Shown: positions 45,259 through 58,559 of the stretch, piece by piece | How the letters are laid out: every line of letters starts with the position of its first letter | Position numbering within the stretch: the first letter of the stretch is position 1 | Source of the DNA: the human T2T-CHM13v2.0 reference genome, Homo sapiens | Length of the DNA: 64,000 bases | Assembly (NCBI RefSeq): GCF_009914755.1 | Contig: NC_060929.1 | Reading direction: 5' to 3' (one strand) | Position numbers and translations under genes: made by a program | The notes under the pieces: model-generated | Database searches by the model: none | What the model saw: the letters and a program-made list of their open reading frames with translations, nothing else | What the model was told of the DNA's origin: nothing

Positions 45259-48164
45259 GTATTGCTGACTTTGAGAAATATGTACTATAACAAAGGGAAA
45301 GCAAAATGATGTCAAAGGCAATTAATTATTTAGGCCAGACTCAAAAATTCTTTGTGTTAATAAACCCATATAGTCCCTGTAGCCTATTTTCCATTCTAGT
45401 TTCTCCTTGTAGTTTCTTCATCTTTTATTGGACTTAGTGTATTTTACTAGTATATCATTGATGTCATGTTTGTTCTGTTTTGTCTGCCTGCATTGTAAAA
45501 GGAAAGTTTAAATTTTTTTTAAACACTTGTCATCTAACTGACAAATTGCATTTGCAGAAGTGACAATTTACTTTGTATATAAAAACGTAAAATTTATTTT
45601 GAGCATCATATAGCAGAACCAATCTTAATTTAACTCTCACAGATTTGTTTTTTTTCCATCTCTAAATTAGGATTCTAACATAAAATTGCCTGCTGGGTTT
45701 TGGAAGCTGTGAATTTAAAAACCAAAAGCTGAACCTTCAGAGTTTTGCATACAAAATGGGAAGCAGTGAAGGCTTAGAATAGTGACTGTTAAATAGTACT
45801 TTTTCCCCTCAAATGGTTTTCAGTTCCAAAGTCTTAACAGAATTGCTTTTACAGTTTTGACCTGCAGGTGCATATTAACAGTGGCCAACAGAAAATAAGA
45901 TCAGAAATCTTATAAAACTTGACTGTATTTCAAACTAGAATGCTCGAAAAATGGAATTACCAAATTACCAAATCACCAAAATACAATGGGTTTTCATTGT
46001 AGCAAACCTTCTGACATCCAAACATGTCATAATCAGAATCAATAAAAATATATTAATGTTTTAGTATTGAATTAAAAACCCTGAATATTTTTGCAAAGCG
46101 TATTGGCAAATATTGGAAATATTTTTAATAGACCTCTAGTTTTACAAAACTAATTTTTCTTCTGATATTTCCTGTACGTTTTTTCACACCATAAATTAAC
46201 TGTGTGAATTACTTTTTTAAAAGTTCCATGTACGTGGTGATGAGCAACTATTTTGTGTGAAACCATGTAAGCAAAAGAAATGTTTATAAGGTCTCTGATT
46301 GAAAATTTCAAAATAAAAGTAATTTATTGAGTCCTATGGAGGAAAAAATGTATAAACTTACGAAGTTAGATTATGCACTTACTAATTAGAAAAACATCAC
46401 TGAGAATTGATGATTGTGGTGATATCACAAAGCATTGCCTTTTAGCCACTAAATTTTTACTTACTCTCTCGATGTGTTTGAGAAGAAGTAGCAACATACA
46501 GGTGGCTTTATAGTATCTTATTTTGAGATTGTGGGCTATGTCACAAAACTGGGGTACCGTTTTTGGTCCCTCTATCCATGTTATTTTGTCCCTCATATAG
46601 AGAATACATAGTAGTCTCATTCTCACCATTGGTCAGAATTATTGCCAGTTTCTGTGTTACAGTATGTAATTTATTACTGCTATTTTCCAGCAAAGAACCA
46701 TTAATCACTTGGGTCTGTTAACTTTATTGCTAGAACTGTTAATTGGCCTTTTTTAAAAAAAATCAAGTTTCTGTTTTCAAAGAGGAGAGAATAAGAAAAG
46801 TGGCTCTAAGGTACTGATGGTGGAAGGTCAGCTCATGAGCTGGTTCTGCCTCTCTACCTTGACATACACATTTGTCTTGTACTTCTACAAAATTATGGTG
46901 AGAACCCTTGAGGTCACTTGTAATGGTCAAAACTAGTAATGATAAATCCATGAAAGTCATTAGTCTGCTCTCTTTTTTTCATGCAGGCAAATCCTATGTT
47001 TGAAATTAAAGCTATAATTGAAGATAATCCGTACAAAATGACTAATAATTTGGAAGGTTTTTTAAATTTTTGAGCACTCTAATTTTGTTAAAACTGTGAA
47101 ACACCATAGTTATTGCTGTCTAGAGAATTGTCATGAGCTTATCTAAATGTTTATAATTGCAGTATTAAAGCACTGCCATTAAAACAAAGCCTATTATATA
47201 TCCCCAGATTAAAAGTTATTCTACCTCGTGTTGAGGGATTTTTTAAACTATTGACATTTTCTTTTTTGCTCAAAAACATGCTTTCAAAATCTGCCATTAT
47301 TTTGTTAATGATTTTGAGTCTGAAACCATTTAATATTGTGTTTATTAATGTTGGTGTTCTTTCACTTTGCTGTTAGGTCAAAATTATGAATGTGCATATA
47401 GCAACTTCCAGCAGGAAGGGTGGGTAAAGGTTTTAATACGTACAGTTTGTTCCAACTACCATCTTATTATGCTGTATTCAAACTTGAAAAAAAAAAAGAT
47501 ATTTTAAGATGGTAGGATGGTATTTTATGTCTTAGATGAAATAAATAACAAGATTACTCTATTACTTTCCTTTTCCCTTCAAGAAAGTTGATTGTTTATT
47601 GCATGAGGAAAAGGGAGCTTTCAGGGTCTTCGAAATACATTTTAGTAATGCTGCTTTTTCAGTTTTGCTTGCACATATTTTGTTTATTTTTGGGTCTGGC
47701 AATTTAAAAACAAAATCAAAAACAAATCATATCCATCCATTACTATCTTTGTGATTCAAGTGCTTGAAATTTCCAAGAGTATGTCTGTATAAGTCTTTAT
47801 CTGTTTGGCCTCATTTTGGTATACTTGCAGACTTCATTTTGTTTTCTTTCTCTTAATTCTGTTAATTTATTTAATCTCATGGGAGAGAAAACATGATCAT
47901 TCTTTTATATACTGTACTTCATTCTTTCATCCAGTTCATATTCTTAACTGCTTTGGATTCATATATTTGTTTTTATTGGTGTAGTCGCTGCAGTTTTACC
48001 TGCCATGGTGGTGCTCAGGTATAACATAGATGGAAACAAGTTATTTCTCCAGTAGAATTTCATTCTTTTTATTTCTGCTGTGTGTCAACTATATAATCTT
48101 AAATCTTTAAGAACTATGTTGTACTGTCAGAAATATCTTACTTTTACGTTTAAAAATGTATTTA

Positions 48165-48807
48165 CAGTAATCCCCCCTTACCTGTGTTGGGTACATTCCA
48201 AAACCCCCAGTGGATGCCTGAAACTGTGTATACTACTGAACCTTATATATGCTATGTTTTTTCCTATGCATATATACATATGATAAAATTTAATTTATAA
48301 AATAGGCACGGTAAGAGATTAACAACTAATAATAAAAGAGAACAGTTATAACAGTATAATGCAATAAAAGTCATGTGAGGCCAGGTGCACTGGCTCACGC
48401 CTATAATACCAACACTTTGAGGGGCCAAGGCAGAAGACTCACTTGAGGCCAGGAGTTTGAGCCAGTCTGGGCAACACAGTGAGACCCCATCTCTACAAAT
48501 GTATATTTTTTACATTAGCTAGGCGTGGTGGGACACACCTGTAGTTCTAACTATTCAGGAGACAGATGGGAAGATCACTTGAGCCCAGGAGTTCAAGGCT
48601 GCAGTGAGCCATGATTGCATCACTCACTCCACTGTGGGTGACAGAGTGAGACCCTGTCTCTTAAAAAAAAAAAAAAAAAAAAAAGTTATGTGATTGAGGC
48701 CTTTCTCTATCACAATATTGTACTGCACACACTTATTTTCAGACCACAGTTAACCACGGGTAAATGAAACCATGGAAAGTGAAATTGCGGGTAAGGGGGG
48801 ACTACTG
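48165..48807. mobile_element. MER44A-like (Tigger7 family) MITE interrupted by an Alu
   Basis: TA|CAGTAATCCCCCCTTA ... TAAGGGGGGACTACTG|TA inverted ends with TA TSD. Confidence 0.88.
48379..48680 (+). mobile_element. AluJ-like element inside MER44A
   Basis: TSD AAAAGTCATGTGA / AAAAGTTATGTGA; long poly-A tail. Confidence 0.9.
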
Positions 48808-49731
48808 TACTGCTAACAAGTCAGGTAAACAATTTCTGTAAGTTTTAGCGTTGAAAAGTTAAGTGTTAGTAAAAGTTATTTTGTTGCTTTGAATGTATCT
48901 TACTGGAAAAAAAAAAAATCTTAACCAAGATGAAAATTACTTCATACCTCTGTGTCAGCAAACTGATTGCCTAATGGAAAGTTACTTTACATTTTATGTT
49001 TTAATAAAAATGTTTCAGGCATCACTTTCATGAATGTCTGAAAATGAAATTTGTTTTATAGCCATTCTGGTGTTGACTGAGTGACATAAAGTCTTTTTTT
49101 TTAGCCCTAAATTTTTATATATAAACATTGCTAGCTGGTTTAAACATCTGTTGATCAATTGTCCTTATCATATTTTCTCAACATTTTATATTTTGCATAA
49201 TATGATTTCTTTTTAAAACGTTAGTTTAATTAAAACTTAAAGCACCTATTACAACTTTAAATTTTCCTACCATTTAAATTCATGGCATACTACACAAAAG
49301 TATTGAACATGCTTGAGAAATAATTTGATCCTCCTAATTCATTTGCGTGTTCTGAATAGTTCCTATCTTTTGCATGTCTATGGCTTGCTGCTTATGTTTA
49401 GAAGAATTGTAGTTTGTTGTACTTAGAAACTTCTTTTGGTTTTACATATTAAGCACAAATATGCTATTTAAATCAATTGCTATATTGACTTTATGTATTC
49501 TTGTTAGCAGCCAACAGTCGACACCATCTTTGGTCACAATGATACAACTCAATCTAATGAAATTTAACAGGATGCATTTTTAAATTTTTTTAATTTATTT
49601 TTTGCTTTAGTTTAGCTCTTCATGGTACAGGATATTATGGAAAAGAGAGCTTCATGTACATTTAATACTGAAAACATTATGTTTACTATTTATAAGTGTA
49701 AACCATAGTGTCCAATAAAATACACAGATAA

Positions 49732-49752
49732 ACACACACACACACACGCACA
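49732..49752. repeat. Short (AC)n microsatellite
   Basis: acacacacacacacacgcaca. Confidence 0.8.
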
Positions 49753-51758
49753 ATTTCTCTCACAATAATAAAATCCCTTAATAATTCACACCTTTAAAAT
49801 ATTTATACTCAAATATTTTGTCAATACTTTTCTATAGTCAGTTCATTATTTGTCTTCTTTATGGAAATTCCTAAGTAAAAATAGTGGCAAATTGGTCTTT
49901 TAACTAGAAAAATTACAAAATCCTCCTATCTAAAAAATGATACTACCTCCAGGACGTCTGCAATTTTGTAAATTTTTCTTCCTTAGTAGACAACATACTT
50001 CCTGGTAAAAGAAAGCCAAAAGATGGTAAACCTCTTTGAATTGGATTCTTCTTTGATCCCAACCCACTCTAAATTTTGGTAGCTAGACCTTTAACTTGAA
50101 ACGATCAAATTAAAGACCCTTTCAAATATTATACATGCTGCCTTAATTATTATTTAGTTGTATCTCCAACATCTTTGGGGGAGCAGGAAGGAAGGGGGGG
50201 TAACAAAAACTTCATTGCTTCAGGTAGGTATAAGTATAGAGGTCAATCACATTTTTAGTTGTACATCAAAAATAACTAACATCCATTAAATTATAAAACT
50301 TCTCCAGCCCTATTCACTATTTAATTGGGTATGGAGTTATTCATTTGTATCACTCTTATCATTGCCTGTGTAGAATATACTTATTATTAATACTATTCTA
50401 CTAATTTTTCTATTATTTCCAATTCTGAATTGATAATCCATGGCTTTTATTTCATTGCTTAACAATGTTTGTATCCTTTATTTAGCAAATAGTTTACACT
50501 GGCCTATTTTGTATCAGTCAAGATTTTTCTCAGGTAACAGCTTTATTATTATTTTTATTTTAATTAACAAAGGTAGGATTACATAAGAAAAGAAAACTAA
50601 AATTATGAAAAGGGACCTTAAAGCTAGTGTTTCTAATTTTATGGACATTGCCATATATAATCTAATCAAAGTGGAAGATTCGTTTTTGTTGTCTATTTTT
50701 GTACAAAATGATGCCACTGAACTCAGATGTCTTTGTTGACTTTGCTTTATTATATAGCCTGAATAAAAAGTAATGAAATGTAATTGGTATATAAATTAAA
50801 CCTCAAATATGAAGGCTGTTAACGTAGGTGAGAAAAATGATATGTATGCATTTTCTTTTATTTGTAAGCATATTTTCTTTTAAAATTATTTCACAAATTA
50901 CAAATGTTCCTACTAATAGGAAAGCCAAATATTATGCACTAGTGGTACTTACTGGAAATTTTAGAATTCATTTATTTATATTTACTACCTCTTGCATTTA
51001 TGCTTTTCTTTCTCTAAATTTGTAAACTGTAAGCTGAATATATGTTGCTGAATCTATGCTATATGACAAAACATTTTTAATCGTTATATTTTTACTAATG
51101 CATCAAAGGGTTGGAATGATCCTCTTCGTGTAGTTTCATCTTTAGGCAGAACTATATTCTTTGGATTGAGGCTTTACTTGAAAGCCTATTTTTTTAATGT
51201 TCTAGAACTTTATTAGAAAAGTTTAAAAGAGCCCTCACAATTTAAAAAACTAATTTTATTGTTTTAAAATGTTTTAAGGGTTTATCCCTAAGAAATTAAA
51301 CAAGCACAATCTATTACTTGCAATTTTTATTTCACAGCACATATTGCTAATAAATGCCATTTTAAAAGCAAAAGAAAATCTATCACAATCGTTGCAAGAG
51401 ATATTTAATAAGGAAACTAATGTAAATCATGCTTCATGCTATCTGTCAGTTAAATCAAGATATAGGTGAAGATTTAGGTTTTATCATGTGAATATTGTGT
51501 GGTAGTGCACATTAATTTGTATTTAAATCTTTACATTGTTATCATTGCATGTGTTCACTGTATTTTTTAATGTGTCACTGTTTTCTCTTTATAGATTAGT
51601 ATTTCAAAGTAACCATTCCATACCAATTCAAACTACCATCTGGTCCCTAAGCTTGTTATATGAAAATCTTTTATCATTGTCTTCCATTGTAAGTGTTTTA
51701 TGATGAGCTACACCTGAGTTGTACATTTTCTTTTTCTTTTATTTGCTTCTGTATACAG

Positions 51759-51887
51759 GCTGGCTTAGCAGGAGCTCCAGCCCGTGCTGTATCAGCTGTA
51801 AAGAATATGAATCTTCCTGAGATCCCAAGAAATATTAACATTGGTGACATCAGTATAAAAGTGCCAAACCTGCCCTCTTTTAAATAA
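51759..51887 (+). CDS. AP3S1: AP3S1 last coding exon (AGLAGAPARAVSAVKNMNLPEIPRNINIGDISIKVPNLPSFK*)
   Basis: Acceptor gtatacAG (51757-58) after a long T-rich tract; stop TAA 51885-87. Exons 2-6 sum to 513 nt; adding a 69-nt exon 1 CDS gives the expected 193-aa protein. Confidence 0.97.
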   Translation, partial: AGLAGAPARAVSAVKNMNLPEIPRNINIGDISIKVPNLPSFK

Positions 51888-52480
51888 AAATGTAAAAAGG
51901 CCACTCCCAGGTAAAATCCAGGGGGAAGAGTCATCTAAGTTTACCATGCAGTTGTTTACCAAAAATAGAGGAGGAGAGTCTTAACTTTTGCTCTTGGATT
52001 TAAGTCAAGGTACTGTATAGAAGTTGTGTAAAATCAGTATGAAAGTTCAATGTTGCTGTTCTTGCTCAGTGATTTTAAAGAAATTGAGTAGTTCCTATGT
52101 GATTTTTTTTTTTCTTTTCTAAACTGCATTCCTGTGCCCACCTACGGCATGCCTCTATGTATTGGCTACTACAGTGTTTTAAAAAGTGTTTCAGATATTT
52201 CTCTAATTATGTACAACCTAAAATGTTGGTGTTTTGTATGGATCACAAGTGCAGCATTCCTTAATTCCTTCTGCTATATGTCACACAGTTGTTATTTGGA
52301 GAACCAAGTATGTATTGCATGAAAACATTATGACTTTTTTCTCTTAGTTTAAATAAACTCCAAGGTAACTGGACTTCTAAAGCACCTTTCTGTTTGCCTG
52401 ATATCTACTTTAGCAATAATTTTTTTTACAACCCTCTGACTCAACAAAGTAAATAAAAGTATATTTTATCACTATTAAGC
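51888..52480 (+). other. AP3S1: AP3S1 3' UTR (end approximate)
   Basis: Repeat-free AT-rich sequence after the stop, ending near AATAAA at 52452-57. Confidence 0.75.
52352..52457 (+). terminator. Tandem polyadenylation signals AATAAA (52352-57 and 52452-57)
   Basis: Canonical hexamers 100 nt apart. Several upstream TGTA motifs and a T-rich tract downstream of the distal one. Confidence 0.7.
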
Positions 52481-53249
52481 AGATGTTAATGTCGATTTAT
52501 TTTTTACTCATATTTTTAATATTCAGAAACTCAGTAAATTATTCGGAAACTCAATTATTTCACAAATCAAGAGCAGTGTATCTTAGGCATATTGCGCAAG
52601 ATGAGATCTGGAGTGGGGGGGCGACAGTCTTTCTAAAATGTATATTGAGAAAATGTAAAATCTTTTTTATACAAATAGCTTTAAGCCTTGCCTCTTGTTC
52701 CTTCTTGCCCAGATGGTAAAAAATAATTTCAGCCAATACCTAATTGATTTTGAATACAAAAACCCTTGGGACTCTACTTGTCTGTTTCATCCTAAAACAA
52801 AGTTAAACTAATGTTTTCTTAAGTCCTAACACTCACATATTCTAGTTTCTTATAATTGGCCCACATTTTATTTGGTCTTCCATGAACTGTGAGTGAGGTT
52901 ACTTTTCCAGTTAGACTAAGGTTTTCCTTACAGTTCTAGTTCTCCTTCCTCAAATATTCTCTTTGAAATACTTCCATAGACTTGCAGCATGTATGAATTT
53001 TACTCCAAGAACCCTAAGATATAAGAAAAGTTACTTTATTTTTTTCTAAATAAAATTAATCTGTCTCTAAGCTCTCCAGCATGTTAGGGTAACAGGAAAT
53101 TTAATCTGATTATTGGGATTTCCATCAGCTCAGAGATAAGAAAAAGTCCTAGAGAAAGGTTATGCAGAGTAGAGCATTTCAGGAGGTCCCTGGTCTTTAG
53201 TCATTTGACAGTGTTTATTAAGTGTTTACTGTGCGCTCCCAAGTCCCTG

Positions 53250-53251
<2 letters not shown>

Positions 53252-53282
<31 letters not shown>

Positions 53283-53554
53283 CCCAGAAGGAGTCTCGCT
53301 CTGTCGCCCAGGCTGGAGTGCAGTGCGCGATCTCGGCTCACTGCAACTGTGCCTCCCGGGTTCACACCATTCTCCTGCCTCAGCCTCCCGAGTAGCTGGG
53401 ACTACAGGCGCCCGCCACCACGCCTGGCTAATTTTTAGTAGAGACGGGGTTTCACCGTGTTAGCCAGGATGGTCTGGATCTCCTGACCTCGTGATCCGCC
53501 TGCCTCAGCCTCCCAAAGTGCTGGGATTACAGGCGTGAGCCACCGCACCCGGCC
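53252..53554 (-). mobile_element. AluY-like element downstream of AP3S1
   Basis: ~31-nt poly-T, many intact CpGs, TSD GTCCCTGTCTTT. Confidence 0.92.
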
Positions 53555-53869
53555 GTCCCTGTCTTTATGGAGCGATATCAGTAACACAGAGTGCCTAGCA
53601 GTACCCCCTCCCCTCACCACCACCCCACCCTTTTCCTTTTCTCGTTGTTTTTGGGGAAACAAATTATGGGAAGGTTAAATGTTGGTTTGGTTAGGATATG
53701 CCAAAATTAGGGAAACCTCTGGGCCAGAGCATACTTTAACTTCAAGAAACAGTCAAAAGTGTTTTATCTCCCATTATATTCTATCAAATACAATGCCCCA
53801 ACAACCAACCATCCTTCCTCCCCTTCCATTCTCTCATCTCCCCTCCCTCTCTCTTTTCTTTCCTGCAGA

Positions 53870-54290
53870 AAATACTTAGCATTAGCTATGTGCCAGGCAT
53901 TGTTCTGGGTACTAGGATAGAGCAGGGAACAAACTAGATTCTGTTGGAACATAAATTCATGTGGGGTGAAACAATAAATATATGATATGTCAGGAGGTGA
54001 GAAGTGCTATGGAGAAAAGTAAACCTGGGTAAAAGATAGGGAATAGTAGGGTTGGGGGTAGGAGCTGGGCTGTTGCTGTGATTTATAGAATAGGTAGGAG
54101 GAGGCATCTCTGATGAAGTAACATTTGAACAAAAACCTGAAGGAGGTAAGGAAGGCATCATGGGAACTTGTGGAGCAAGAGTAAATCCACATAGCAAGTA
54201 GCAGATGGCAGGGCCCAGAGGCAGGGGCGTGCTTGAGATGTTTGAGAAACAGCAAGGAGCCAACAGCAAAATGGGCAAGAGGGAGAGTGA
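53870..54290 (-). mobile_element. L2 3' fragment
   Basis: ctatgtgccaggcattgttctgggtactagg...gatgtttgagaaacagcaaggagcc. Confidence 0.7.
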
Positions 54291-55194
54291 GCTCTTTAAT
54301 GTTCCTATTGTCCACCTCTCACAATGTTTGTTCATGGGCAATACACAATAAGGGATATTAGCTTTTAAACTTTTTGATATTTTGGAAAGTAACAAGGCAT
54401 AAACTTCTGGTTAAATGTACATTATTAAACACTTACTCACATTTGTGCTTTTTCAAACCACACTAAACTGACAGTAAAGACATAGACCCAAATGGACAAA
54501 AAGGATCAGACAGGTGATAATAGCTACAAAATTTTTGAAGCTGGAAAGCTTATGAATAAAGCTAGAATATAAGTTAGCAGTGGAATAATCATGAAAGTAT
54601 GTGGATTTGCACCACGGAATCCCGAAAGACTTTAGGAAGTAGAGGTACTAATGGAACTGTGAATAGAATTATGAGTTATCAAATTGTCGTATAAATCAAA
54701 GCAGATAGACTCTCAGATCCCGTACACCATATCACAAACCTTAGCAATTGTCTCTCATTCACCCCTGATCTAAGAGCCTGGAGATTACCCTAAATACCTT
54801 CTCAACAGTGGGACTTCAGCCCACTTTGTCTCTCAGCCCCTAGACTGTTAGTAGCCAGGCTTATACTCTACCCTGTCCACAAGCAGGAGATTCTAGCGTA
54901 TTCTTCCCTAGGGAGATTAGCCCAAGAGAAAAGACCTACAGTTAATGATGTTTTAAGCTTGCCCATTGATGTGGACCATCTGTATCATCCTCCACTAAAG
55001 CCCCTCGTTGAAAAGCTTCTCCCATGCATGCAGAGCTTCCAGTCAGATGTTTAGGGGCCTCACACGTGAGCAGAAAGGCAAAAATCACCAAACATTTGAG
55101 GAGAGCTTTTAACATGAAAGGTAGAGGCCAAAACAAACAACATAAACTAATAGGAAAAACAATGTAAAATTAAAAGTTATCATCACTTATCCCC

Positions 55195-55710
55195 TGCTAT
55201 ATTAGACACCTCTTCAGAATCTTCTTGGCCCACCACTTCGGCCACTGCTGTAGTAACTAATTCTTCATAGTCTTGACCAGCTTTGCTCAACTACAACTGG
55301 ATATTGCCTTGTTTTTGGCCCAAGCTATAACCTCCTGCTTTCTGCCTTGGACCTTCTCTTCACCCCAGCTGAAATGCAGGAACCCTTTTGGTACTTATGT
55401 ATGTACAATTTGGAGATGAGGGAAATTTAACACCATTCTGACTCCTGTGAGTGCAATAAATACTTCTGTTTTGTACCTTAGCAGACAGTTGAGAGTATTT
55501 CAAAAGTCTTTCTCAGTAAGTCCCATGGGATTGAAAACTAGTTGCCTGGAGCAGTAACCAACTCCCTAATATGTCGCTTTTAAAAAAATCCCCCCCGCCT
55601 TCTCTGTTTAGTTCATATCCTGTACACCTTCCTGGGAGTACATTTTCCAAAAATTCTCTGTGCATAAGTGTTTATCACAGGCTCTGCTTCCAGGAAACCC
55701 AGGCTAAGCA
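55195..55710 (+). mobile_element. LTR41/LTR33-like ERVL LTR
   Basis: cacctcttcag...gccactgctg...ttgaccagc ... caggctctgcttccaggaaacccaggctaagca. Confidence 0.55.
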
Positions 55711-56102
55711 ACACACAGGGAAATAAAAGATAAAGAATAAGAGCAAAAAAGGAACATATGGGGAACCAAATGAAGTTTTCGGATATAATATAAAATATTA
55801 TAAAATTGAATATTTAATGGAAAGATTGGAAGATAAAGTTAGAGGATTTCCAAAAAGTAGAATAAAAAGACAAATGGTTGGAATATAAAAGGTAAAATTA
55901 AAGGATCACTTCAGGTAATTCCATATCTGACTGGTAGAAATTCAGCGGGAGGGATGGGGAGAACACAGAAAATACAGGGAAGAAGAAAATTTCCCCCTGA
56001 AAAAATTTTTTAAAGATGGCTTAGATCATAAGAACATGAGTTTTCAGATTGAGGGGCCCATTAGGCTGACTAGCAATGAATGAAAAAAAGGACCATACCA
56101 AG

Positions 56103-56453
56103 TGTCTAGCAGTCCATTTTGGCTGCTATAACAAAATATCATAGACTAGGTAGCTTATAAACAACAGAAATTTATTTCTACAGTTCTGGAGGGTGGAAAT
56201 TCAAGACCAAGGCACCAGCAGTGCCTGGTGAGGCCCATTTCTCATAGAAGGCACCTTATTGTTGCATTCTCACATGGGGAAGGGGCACATGAGCTCCCTC
56301 AGGCCTCTTTTATAAGGGCAGTAATCTCATTCATGAGGGTTCCCATCTTATGACCTAATTACATCCTAAACATTCCCCTTCTTAGTACTATTGCATTGGA
56401 GATTAGGATTCAGCATACAGATTTTGAGGGGCACACACATCCAGACCATAGCT
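56103..56453 (-). mobile_element. MLT1A/MST-like MaLR solo LTR
   Basis: 5-bp TSD CCAAG (56098-102 / 56454-58); ggctgctataacaaaatatcatagactaggtagcttataaacaacagaaatttattt. Confidence 0.85.
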
Positions 56454-56936
56454 CCAAGGGACATCACTGTGATTCTAAAAGATTCTAAAATCTGTGGATA
56501 TGGAGGGAAAAAGCAAGTCACAGAGGATCAGGAATCAACATTTGAAGCCAAAAGACAAGGAGAAAGAAATGACTTCAAAATTCTGAGGAGAAATTTTAAA
56601 CCCAAAATTGTGTGCCAGACAAATTTTCAGGTATATATGTAGTTATAATGAGTATGTTTTCATACATGCAAAGTCTCAAAAAATCCATTTCTCATACTCT
56701 CTTTCTCAGAAAGCTACTGAAAGATTGGCACCACCAAAGTAAAGGAATACATTATTTTTAAAAATCAGGAGATCCAGTAACCAATAGATACGGCACAAGA
56801 GAAAGATGAAGGAAAGTCACAAGATGTTGGTGAATCTTAGAACCATAGCTTTATGGCAGACCTAACGGACAATTAGCCTAGATTGAAACAGGAAAATGAA
56901 GAATTTAAGGAAAGGTGGCTCTTTAAAAAAGAACAT

Positions 56937-57235
56937 GGCCAGGTGTGGTGGCTCACGCTTGTAATTTCAGCACTTTGGGAGGCCAAGGTGGGCAGATCAC
57001 TTGAGGTCAGGAATTTGAGACAAGCCTGGGCAACGTGGTGAAACCCCATCTCTAGCAAAAATACAAAAAATTAGCCAAGTGTGGTGGCGCACGTCTGTAA
57101 TCCCAACTACTTGAGAGGCTGAAGCAGGAGAATTTCATGAACCCAGGAGGCGGAGGTTGCAGTGAGCCAAGATCGTGCTACTATACTCCAGCCTGGGCAA
57201 CTGAGCAAGACTCTGTCTTAAAAAATAAATTAATT
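56937..57235 (+). mobile_element. AluS element
   Basis: Full dimer. Confidence 0.9.
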
Positions 57236-57333
57236 AAAATTAAACTTATAAAATAAACACATTTTAGTAAATTTGAGAAATATGATGTAGGGTTACATTA
57301 TTATTTATCTTGATTATTTTGTAAGTTTATTGA

Positions 57334-57551
57334 TAGTCGACCTTTGAACAACATGGGCATTAGGGGCATTGACCCCCTACACTGCACATTAAGTGGAAGT
57401 GGATCATCGTAAAGGTCTCCATCCTTGTTGTCTTTATATTGAACAGGCTGAGGAGGAGAGGAGTCTTGCTGTCTCAGGGGTGGCAGAGGTGGAAGAAAAC
57501 TCATGTATAAGTGCATCTGTGCAATGCAAACCCATGTTCAAGGGGCAACTG
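57334..57551 (-). mobile_element. Short Tigger2a-like MITE
   Basis: Ends TAGTCGACCTTTGAACA / TGTTCAAGGGGCAACTG|TA. Interior is the reverse complement of the 24637-25124 element. Confidence 0.8.
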
Positions 57552-58559
57552 TAATTTCAATCTTTATGTTAGTGGAAGTAGCTTTTTACTTGAAAATAAC
57601 TTTAATGTTTGATGAAATAAAATTGAGGTAAGAGGGAGGCTCTTCCTTTCAGAAATTTGTATTTTAAGACAGCTAGGCTTATAGAATGTCAGGATAAACA
57701 TGAACCAGATGTTGTAGCTTTTAGAAGTTCTTTTAAGCATATGTAGAATGCCCAAAAAGAGCGAGCTTTATCTTGCTGTAGTATATGGCAAGGTTTAAGA
57801 TATTTTTTGTTGGCCCGCATACTAATTAGTATAATTTGAAATAGAAGGTTGATATTTCGGATATACCAAGAGCTCACAAATTAGAAAAAGACAATCTAAT
57901 AATATGCTAAGGATAGAAATAGACAAGTCATAGAAAACTAAATCTCAGTGGCCCATAAATATGTAGAGATACTTAACCTCACTAGTAGTCAAGGAATGCA
58001 AATGAACAATTAGATTTTATTTTCACCTATCATATTGACAAAAACTAGAAGAGATGACAACATCCAGTACTCGAAAAGATAATGGGATAATGTGAACTCT
58101 CATATTTTGATAGTGGGAATGTAATGTACTACTACTTTTTTAAAAAAAGTCGAGTTCTGCGGAAATTTAAAAAAATTAAAAATACACGTATCACACATAC
58201 CCCATGACTTCATTTGGGAACTCTATATAGCACTTCTTGGTTCATTTGTATAGAAAGGTATTTATTATATCAAATATTTTTGTAAATTAAAAAAAAACCT
58301 GGAGATGTATTAAATGCCCACCAGTATGGTAATAGTTGAATAAATTGTAGTAACTGCCGCACTTGCAATAGCAAACAACTGGAATGACTTGAATGTCTGT
58401 CAGAAGGAGACTGATGGAAAAGCTAGATTACATCCGTATTACGGAGTCCTATGGAGCTACCAAAAGGAACGAGAAATATCTCTTCATATTGCTACGAAGT
58501 TATTCCTAGAATATAGGGTTAGCTTAAAAAAGCAAAGAGGAAGGAGAGTACATATGGAA

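Noticed and set aside
45855-45867. Possible 13-nt microexon (tgcttttacAG|TTTTGACCTGCAG|GTGCAT)
   Set aside because: Weak donor and frameshifting; such motifs arise often by chance.
49611-49624. Possible 9- or 14-nt microexon after tttgctttAG
   Set aside because: Donor ATG|GTACAG is weak and nothing else supports it.
51693-51758. N-terminal part of the 64-aa ORF 51693-51887
   Set aside because: It is the intronic pyrimidine tract. The real exon starts at 51759.
53934-54395. 153-aa and 102-aa minus-strand ORFs
   Set aside because: They overlap an L2 remnant, are low-complexity and resemble no protein I recognise.
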